Position numbers and translations under genes: made by a program. Shown piece by piece: positions 55,128-64,000 of a stretch of 64,000 bases of DNA; the stretch's first letter is position 1; every line of letters begins with the position of its first letter. The DNA comes from Hypanus sabinus (taxonomy: Eukaryota), in the NCBI RefSeq assembly GCF_030144855.1, contig NC_082710.1, positions 145,142,001-145,206,000 on the forward strand, written 5' to 3'. The notes beneath the pieces are model-generated. The model worked only from the letters and a program-made list of their open reading frames with translations. It did no database searches and had not been told where the DNA came from.

Positions 55128-57943
55128 TTAGTTCACCCAGCAGGAAGAGTGAAACATGGACATTAGATGTATTTTTACTGTCCCTTCATAACACTTCAAA
55201 CTGCATCACACCCTACGGTGTATCAGTGCTGTTAATTAGGAAACAGCAGCCAAGCTGTGCACCATAAGCTCACACAAACATTGACAGTTACCAACTTAGC
55301 CACCTTTATTGAGGGTTAAATGCTGGCCCTCAGGAGAGAATTTCCTACTCCTTTAAACAGATCACAAGGCCTTTACATTGCAATGTACCCATACTAAGTC
55401 AGTAACAATGGCAGGTCTGCACTGCATCAGTACTAAACTGGATGACTTGTGCTCAAGCCTCTCATGTTGAACACAAACACCCAGCCTCCTGTCGCAGAGG
55501 AACCCTCCAAGCTGCAGCCAACACCCTGGGAGATAGATAGTAACTTCATTACATACACGCGCAAACACACACAGGAGGGCAGAAGAACTCATTCCTCAAT
55601 CCAGGATTGGTACAGATATTAAGGAATCCTATCTCTATTCATTATTCATCCCAATCTCTGGACTTTGCCAAATTACACACTCCAAGGGCAACCACAGCCT
55701 TTATGTAGTACATTGAGTTGAAAGGACAAGTGTAGCGGACAGAGGAGGGGCCTAATAGAGGTGTACAAAATAAAGTACAGAATGTGAATGTAGTTCCCCA
55801 CTAAATGGATCTACAGTTCGACCGCTTCTACATTTTTTAAAACAAAAAATTATTTTCCTCACAGAAACAAATAAAGAAAAGCACAGATAGGAAACATTTT
55901 CAGAGCTAAGGTATCTGGGTTTCAGAATGGACGAAACAGCAGCATTCTACCCGAGGGTGTATACTGTAAAGTCAGCTGCCTGAGAGTGTGGTAGAGAAGA
56001 ATTTAGACAGGCTCTTGTAGTAAAGATACTACAGACCAAATATGATTAGTGTGGATGGGTACCTGACTACCAGCATGATCATGCATGGCCTGCTTCTAGG
56101 CTCCCTGATTCCAGTTGACATGCAGATGTCTTATCTTTCAGAGATTCCTTTGGTGGGGCGAGACTCCCATTACCTATTAAATTCTCCCAGTGGTATGCAT
56201 CTCAAATAGCCTCTGACAGCCAACTCCTGGCCTTCATGTGTGGCTTAGCTACGAAGACTGGCAGAAATGTTTCTCCTGACAAGAGAAGGGGCAAAGGCAG
56301 GTTACTGGCACCTTAAAACCAGTTAACTTAGGCAGGTGAGGCTTGTCAGTCATGGTTGGGAGCTCGCATAGGAGAAAGAAAACTAATTTCAAACTTCTGC
56401 TGCCTTGTGGCTTCCCCACTCATGGAGAAGGCTTTGGAAGTTAACCCCAAGGGAGAGAAAAAAAAATCAGGAGCTGGAGTCCCCAAGGCACTCCAACTTT
56501 GAATTCAATGCTGACTAACAACTCCTGCAACACTGCTGGTGCCAAACTGTATTGATCCACCATTCCTTTGGATTCATCAGAAGCACGGAGAGGGGGAGAC
56601 AGCTACATAGCAACAGCTTGCTCTCCATATCATATGCCCTGGGTTACATATTGTGTAGGCGTGCTGTGATGCAACATCCGTGCTTGACCCTGACCAATGG
56701 AGAACCTCATGCTTTCAGAATCCCTCAGGGACCCATTACAAGCTACAAGCCTCTCTCAGTAAAATCCAACTTTCAAGACTGCCCAACAACGCCAGTTTCA
56801 CTGCAGGTCACAAGGGCACCTTCAATTCTTGGTGACTGCTGAAATCCAGCCTCACTGCCTGCCTGCCAGCCACGTTGGGGATTGCAGGGGATAATGCACA
56901 CACAAACATCTGAAGGAAGCTGATCCCATTAGAAATGAAATTGGTTCACTAATCAGTTCACTGTATATCCTGTTCTCACAGATGCTGCTCAAATCTGAGC
57001 GAACACGGCTATTGGCTTGAGAAAGTCACCCATTGTGTTCGAACACCCCCACCCACATCAGATGGATGGTACTCCTGATAAGTCAGGATGTAAAGATAAA
57101 GCCTTCCGCAACATGGAGGACACAAGGAGAGTCTGCCAGCAGGAGCAGGACACTGAGCGAAGGAACTAGCAGAAGCAGAGAGGAGAGGAGGGGAATACTG
57201 TCTTGCAATGTAGCTACAATCTGGGACACACTGCCTGAGAGGACAGTAGAGACAGATTCAACAGGAACTTTCAGAAGGGATCTGGGGAGATTAGGAAAGA
57301 GGAAAGGTTCATGAAACCTGTGAGTGCAGCTCTTTCAGAAGCAATGGGTACTAACCTTCTGCAGATCACACAGGTACAAGCACGTGATAATCATATTACA
57401 TGAACAAAGTTACAGTGAAATAGGGAATGGGCGGCAGGAGACAGTGAGTAGGTGGGAAGAAACTGGGCTGGAATATCACTGGCACAGAGCAGACGGCCTA
57501 GTTCTGAGTTTTCTACGTTACGTGATAGTGAGGTAGGGCCACTTAGTCACAGCTCTGGGTCTTTAGAACAAGCGTTGATAAGTGTAAATATGTCAAATAG
57601 GGCCAGGCAGCAGCTCACAGCTAATTAGTGGGACCATCTAAAGATGAAATTCTTCACAGATTTCCCAGACCGCGTAGCTTTAAGGTGGGAAACCATCAAG
57701 AGGACTGTTGGACTAGAGGTATTGTTTTATGTACAATTACAACCATATTATAGTAACAATTCTGAAGAGACACACAAGAATTAAATCCTTGGATTGATAT
57801 GGCACCTTAAATGAAAAGAATGTTGGAATATCCTCCAGAAGGGGATACCCAGATAGAGAAACATTGACAGTACGCCTCAGAGGGAATGACTTGACCAAGA
57901 GCCTGGTCCAAACAGAAGAGAGAATTGCAGAGCTCAAGGCTCA

Positions 57944-58201
<258 letters not shown>

Positions 58202-58624
58202 TCAGGGACTGGAGTGAGACACAGCCCGTGCTGAATACGTCCTCCGCTTCCTCAACTCTAACTCTAATTGACCAAACGTATGGAGCTTCCTGAAAGCAAC
58301 AACATATTTAGACAGGACCGTGAAGGAGGCATAAGGCACACCTGCCCTCATCAGCTGAAGCAATGAGTACAAGACCCTGGACATCAGACTACAGATACAC
58401 AGATAGTGGTGATACACTACTTGGAGTGATGTGCGCCATTCCGCTCTGCACACTTTAAGAGAAGGTGCAGAAAAGATTCTCAAAGATGTTGCCAGGTCTG
58501 GAAGGCTTGATTTATAAGACTGGTTAGGTTGGGTTGAGGTGAAAATAACTTTCTAAAAACTTATAATATCATGAAGAGTGTAGATAAGGCCAATGGTCAG
58601 ACTTTTATTCAAAGGTTACAAACA

Positions 58625-59165
58625 AGAGACGCTGGAAATCCAAGCAATACACACAAAATGCTGGAGGAAATCAGCAGGCCAGGCAGCATCTATGGAAAAG
58701 AGTAAATAGTTGAAGGTTTCAGGCTGAGACTAGAGAAAAAAAAGACAAGAAGTCAGAGTACAAATGTGGGGGATGGGAGGGAAGTGCAAGGTGGTAGGTG
58801 ATGGGTGTAACCAGGAGAGGGGGAGGGATGCTAAAGAGCTGGGAAATCATTTGGTGAAAGGAATACAGGGCTGAAGGAGGGGGAATCTGATTGGAGAGGA
58901 CAAAAGGCCATGGAAGAAAGTGGAGGAGCACCAGAGGGAGGTGATGGGCAGGCAAGGTGATAAGGTAGAGGGAGAAACAGGAATGGGGAATGGTGGGGGG
59001 GGGGGCAATTACCATAAGTTCAAGTCATCAATATTCTTTCCATCAGGTTCACACCAGACAGAATAAAAAGTGTTGCTCCTCCAGCTGGAGTGTGGCCTCA
59101 TCGCAGCAGTAGAGGAGGCCATTGACTGGCATGTTGGAATGGGAAGTAGAATTAAAATGGGTGGC
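58625..59165 (-). mobile_element. Penelope-like 3' fragment
   Basis: Homologous to 1-152 and 25055-25480 (aggtgttgctcctcca..agtgtggcctcatc; gctggagg..cagcaggccaggcagcatc). Confidence 0.75.
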
Positions 59166-59559
59166 TTGGCAACTACAGGTTTAAGCCATACTCTCTAGTT
59201 TTACTTCTCAACTTGCCCATAGAAAGCAGAGGGTGGCAGTAGATTGACCATGTTCTGCCTGGAGGCCTGTGATTAGGGGGTGTTCAGTCGAGATCTGTTC
59301 TCCCCTTTGTGATTTTTGTAAATTATTTGGATGAGGAAGTGGAAGTTGAGCTAGTAGCAGATGACACAAAGGTCGGTGGTCTTAATGAACTGAGGTCAGC
59401 GAGTTGATAGAAGCAGAACATGATACTGAGGACGTAAGTAGTCAGTCAGTTAACCCCATTCTGGCCAATGAGAAGTTTAATGCGCAGGAAACTAAATGCA
59501 TTTAGTTTTAATGCATCTGAACGAATGCAGGAAACTGAACAGCACCACCCAGTCTTATT

Positions 59560-60200
59560 TGGACCTGCACACACGTCCCGTGGGCTTCTGAAGAGGACGG
59601 GCGGGAGGGGATGCTGCCGGGCACGGTCACTGTTTTTTGGCTCAGGGGACGTGCATCAGGTCTTGCCCGAGCCCAGTGACAAAGGGGAAATACATCCGGA
59701 GGGCCGCGCAGCCGGGCCTGTTGTTCTTCCCTGGATGATGCAGAGCGCTGTACCCATAGCAACGGAGTTCCCCGCCTGGACCGTCCCCCGTACACCTCCG
59801 CCCACATCCACGGATGCTGTCGCCCTCAGCATCTGCACTGATACAGAAGCAACAGACCCCTCTGGTCTCCATCCCGCTCACCACACCCCAGGGCAGCCTA
59901 GCCTCCCTCAGTCAATCAGCGCACCAGGTAGGTTGGCCTGCACGGATGCACTCACCCGCAAGCCCCCTCCACCGAAGGCAGCAGGTGGCCCCGGTGCACT
60001 CACCGGCTGCCTTCCCGCGGGCAGCCGGCGCTAGGCAACAGTCCTGGGGCATCCATCCCACAGCCTGCCTCCTCCACTCCGGACCACAACCCCGGCACCG
60101 GAAGCGTCCGCACTTCCATCGCGAGAGGGCGGGACTTCCGGCCCAGGGCAGGTGACCTGAAGAACCTCACCTGGCCTGTCCCCCTCCCTGGGACAGCAGC
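59560..60200 (-). promoter_or_regulatory. NALCN: CpG island: NALCN promoter and putative non-coding exon 1
   Basis: The main non-TE CpG-rich stretch, ~1.5-2 kb upstream of exon 2. Clustered ETS motifs (CCGGAAG 60098-60104, CACTTCC 60111-60117, ACTTCCGG 60134-60141), TCGCGAGA (BANP/ZBTB33-like, 60119-60126), GC box GGGCGGG 60127-60133. Minus-strand donors CGG|GTGAGT (exon end 59956), CCG|GTGAGT (60004), CAG|GTGAGG (60171). Confidence 0.75.
59750..59763. promoter_or_regulatory. RFX X-box motif
   Basis: GTACCCATAGCAAC matches the X-box consensus GTHNYYATRRNAAC; lies in the CpG island. Confidence 0.5.
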
Positions 60201-60339
60201 AGTCAACATCAATTAAACACCAGTCTTCAGGTAACCATTCACTCACATATTACATGTATTAAAAGCTTCATCTGATCATGTCTCATACAGAGCACAGCAA
60301 TAAATATACAGACTAAATAATCATTTTAAACTGACGATA

Positions 60340-61030
60340 CACTGACATCTTACTTGTAAATAATATTGATCTGTAAGTTAATTAATAACTTACAATCATT
60401 AGTTAAGTATAAATGATATTAAGTTAATCATCAACAACGACATACTTGAATATTATTTATATTTAATAACTGTCAATGATTAACCTGGATATTACTTATA
60501 AATAATATTTCTATTCAAGCTGATAATTAAGATATTATTTATTTATAAATGATATTTAAATTAATAATCAACAGTAATATACTTAATTAATCTATATTTA
60601 ATTTGTTTGTAATTGATTACTGCTTATATTACTGATAAATAACTTTGAAATATAATCAAAGTAAAAAGGAGTTCTCATATCCACAGGAACACATATGCGC
60701 AGGTGCAATGAAAAATGTATTTGCTGCAGTAGTTAAGCAGCATTTGCAAGAAAAACAGTAATTAAACATGGATTATTCATAATCTTAACAAGAAAAAATA
60801 TAATTAAAACAAATAAACCAAAGTCCACTTTAGAGGAGAGTGATCACAGCATTGATTGCGCTGCTAAACTGCAATGATAAATGTTGTGCCCGTTGATTCA
60901 AGAACCAAATGATTGAAAGGAAGTAGCTGTTCTTGAACCTGGATATTCATTACTATTTAAGTATGAATAATATTTAAGTTAATCATTGACAATAATATAT
61001 ACTTGAATATTATGTATATTTAATAATTTT
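60340..61030. repeat. Very AT-rich degenerate tandem repeat (~136-bp period) interrupted by a LINE piece
   Basis: TATAAATGATATT(T)AAGTTAATCA...ATACTTGAATATTA at ~60408, ~60544 and ~60965. Confidence 0.65.
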
Positions 61031-61804
61031 CAAGTTAATAAATAATGAACATTATTCCTGTTATAGTGTCAAAAGGAAACAGGCCCTTCAGCCCACAGTG
61101 TTCATGCTGTCCATCAGGGACCCTTATGCACAAAACCCGTTTGCTAGTACTTGGTCCATAGCATCGTGTGCCTTGATAATTCATATGCTGGTTTAGGTAT
61201 CTCTGAAAGGTTATATAGTTGTGGCAACAGGCCATTCAGCCCACAAATCCATACTGACCAATGTGGATATATCTATATTTTATCACATCCTTCAGCACTT
61301 GGCTCATAGTCCACTATGACTGGTTGATTAAAGGCAAATTTTAAATGTTGGCAGTGACCGCTTCCACCATGCTTCTTGGCAGTTAACTCCAGGTACTCAC
61401 CACTCTCTGGATGAACAAGGACAATCTATAGTCTTTTAACTTAATTCACCTTTCACTTAAGGAAAAGTTTCCTGTAGCCTACCCTGTCTATAGGCCTCAT
61501 AATTTTATGTACCACTGTCATGTCCTATTTTAATCCCCATTTGTCCAGGGAGAACAGACCCAGACTCTCCTGTCTCTCCTAACTGATATGCTCCAGTACA
61601 AGCAATGTCCTGGTGAATTTCCTTTGCATCCTCTCCAGTGCTATTGTATCTTTCTGTACATTGGTGACCACAACTTCACTCAGTATACCATCTGAGGTCT
61701 GATCAATATTTTATGAAGTTTGAGCGTAGCATCACAGCCCTTGTATTCAGTGCCCTGACCAATGAAGTCCAACATCCTCAAATCCCTTCTTAACTGCCTC
61801 TTGC

Positions 61805-63883
61805 AGGACTGCTTTCAATGTGAACTGGACTGTATTCAGGGATTCATCTTTGAATCTGGATGAGTATGCTGCAGTTGCTATCAACTTTATTAAAACACAT
61901 GGGTGAGTGTGTGCCTACAAAGATTTGCTGTACATTCCCAAATCAAGAGCTGTGGATGAACCAGGAGGTATGTCATCTGCTGAAGGATAGGTCTATGGCA
62001 TTCAAGGCTGGTGACCCAGGTCTGTATCAGAAAACCAGGTATGACTTGTGCAGGGCTATTTCAAGGGCAAAGAGACAATTTTGAATGAGGTAGGAGGCGG
62101 CATCTGACATACAACAACTCTGGCGGGGTTTGCAAGATGTTACTTCCTACAAAGCGAAACCCAATAGCATGAATGGCAGCGATGCTTCACTACCAAATGA
62201 ACTCAATGCTTTCTATCCCCACTTTGAAAGGGAGAATATAACTACAGCTGTGAAGATCCCTGCTGCACCTGATGACCCTGTGATCTCTGTCTCAGAGGCC
62301 AATGTTAGGCTGTCTTTAAAGAGAGTGAACCCTCGCAAGGCAGAAGGTCCTGATGGAGTACCTGGTAAGGCTCTGACAACCTGTGCCACCTAACTGGCGG
62401 GAGTATTCAAGGACATTTTCAACCTCTCACTGCTACGGGCGGAAGTTCCCACTTGCTTCAAAGTCAATTATACCAGTGCCTAAGAGGAATAATGTGAGCT
62501 GTCGTAATGACTAACACCCAGTAGCACATGTACAGTGACAAATTGCTTTGAAAGGTTGGTTATAGCGACTGAACTCCTGCCTCAGCAAGGACCTGGACCC
62601 ACTGCAATTTGCCCATCGCCACAATAGGTCAATGGCAAATACAATCTCAATGGCTCTCCACATGGCTTTAGATCACCTGGACAATACAAACACCTATGTC
62701 ACGATGCTGTTCATCAACTATAGCTCAGCATTCAACACCATCAGTCCCACAATCCTGATTGAGAAGTTACAAAACCTGGGCCTCTGTACCTCCCTCTGCA
62801 ACTGGATCCTCGATTTCCTAACCGGAAGACCACAACCTGTGTGGATTGGTGATAACAACTTCTCCTAGCTGACTATCAACAATGGTGCATCTCAGGGGTG
62901 TGTGCTTAGCCCACTGCTTTACTCTCTCTATACCCATGACTGTGTGGCTAGGCATAGCTCACATACCATCTATAAATTTGCTGATGATACAACGATTGTT
63001 AGTAGAATCTCAGATAGCGATGAGAGGGCATAAAGGAGCGAAATATGCCAACTAGTGGAGTGGTGTCACAACAACAACCTGGCACTCAACATCAGTAAGA
63101 CGAAAGAGCTGATTGTGGACTTCAGGAAGGGTAAGACGAAGGAACACATACCAATCATCATATAGGGATCAGAAGTGGAGAGAGTGAGCAGTTTGAAGTT
63201 CCTGGGAGTCAAGATCTCTGAGCACCTAACCTGGTACCAACATATCGATGCAACTACAAAGAAGGCAAGACAGCATTTATACTTCATTAGGAGTTTGAAG
63301 AGATTTGGTATTTCAACAAAAACACTCAAGAAGTTCTATAGATGTCCAGTGGAGAGCATTATGACAGGCTGTATCACTGTCTGGTATGGAGGGGGTTTAT
63401 GCACAGGACCAAAAGAAGTTGCAGAGGGTGGTAAATTTAGTCAGCTGCATCTTGGGTACTAGCCTACAAAGTACCCAAGACATCTTCAAGGAGCGATGTC
63501 TCAGAAAGGCAGCGTTCAGTATTAGGACCTCCAGCACCCAGGTCATGCCCTTTTCTCGCTTTTACCATCAGGTAGGAGATACAGAAGCCTGAAGGCACAC
63601 ACTCAGCGATTCAGAAACAGCTTCTTCCCTCTGCCTTCGGATTCCTAAATGGACATTGATCTCATGATCCCATGAATAAAAAACACTTTTTTAATTTCTG
63701 TTTTTGCATGATTTTTAATCTATTCATTATACATATACTGTAATTGATTTGTTTATTACTATTTAAAATTTTTTTTCTTCTTCTATGTTACATATAGCAT
63801 TGTACTGCTGCTGCTAGGTTAACAAATTTCACAACACATGCCGATGATAATAAACCTGATTCTGATTCTGATTCTGGTTCTGA
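61805..63883 (+). mobile_element. Rex1/Babar-like LINE (RT to 3' tail)
   Basis: [58 protein letters not shown]; (ATTCTG)n tail 63857-63883. Confidence 0.88.
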
Positions 63884-64000
63884 AAATGTCCTTCAGTTAC
63901 TCATTACTACCTGTGTCCTTATCAATCCCCGTGCATGTCCTAGCCTCAGGAATACTCCCAAACTGCATCATCTCTCATTTATCAGAATAAAACTCCATCT

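Noticed and set aside
59468-60155. Long ORFs (113-188 aa) in the GC-rich region
   Set aside because: Expected from stop-codon scarcity in a CpG island; no recognisable domains.

Overview
Vertebrate genomic DNA, most likely an elasmobranch (ray/shark), inferred from the repeat landscape: HE1-like tRNA SINEs, CR1, Rex/Babar-like and Tx1 LINEs, Penelope elements, Tc1/Tigger/hAT DNA transposons. The window holds the 5' part of NALCN (sodium leak channel) on the minus strand. This comprises a CpG-island promoter/putative non-coding exon 1 near 59.6-60.2 kb and nine coding exons (exons 2-10, 1131 nt, 377 aa, covering domain I and the start of the I-II linker), all with GT-AG boundaries and consistent phases. 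The rest of the gene lies left of base 1. The introns are mostly decayed, often nested transposons. Best highlights: (1) an intact, full-length, apparently young RPS15 retrocopy antisense in intron 9, with TSD, poly(A), 5'TOP start and a likely cap-derived extra G; (2) three Tx1-type LINE fragments stacked in and around a hairpin-forming 30-32 bp minisatellite, suggesting target specificity; (3) a 33-bp stem foldback; (4) a young solo LTR; (5) RFX X-boxes and a possible uORF/N-terminal extension in the NALCN leader; (6) degenerate Penelope hammerhead ribozymes. No prokaryotic-type system or CRISPR is present. TE boundaries are approximate unless TSD/TIR are given, and human comparisons are from memory.
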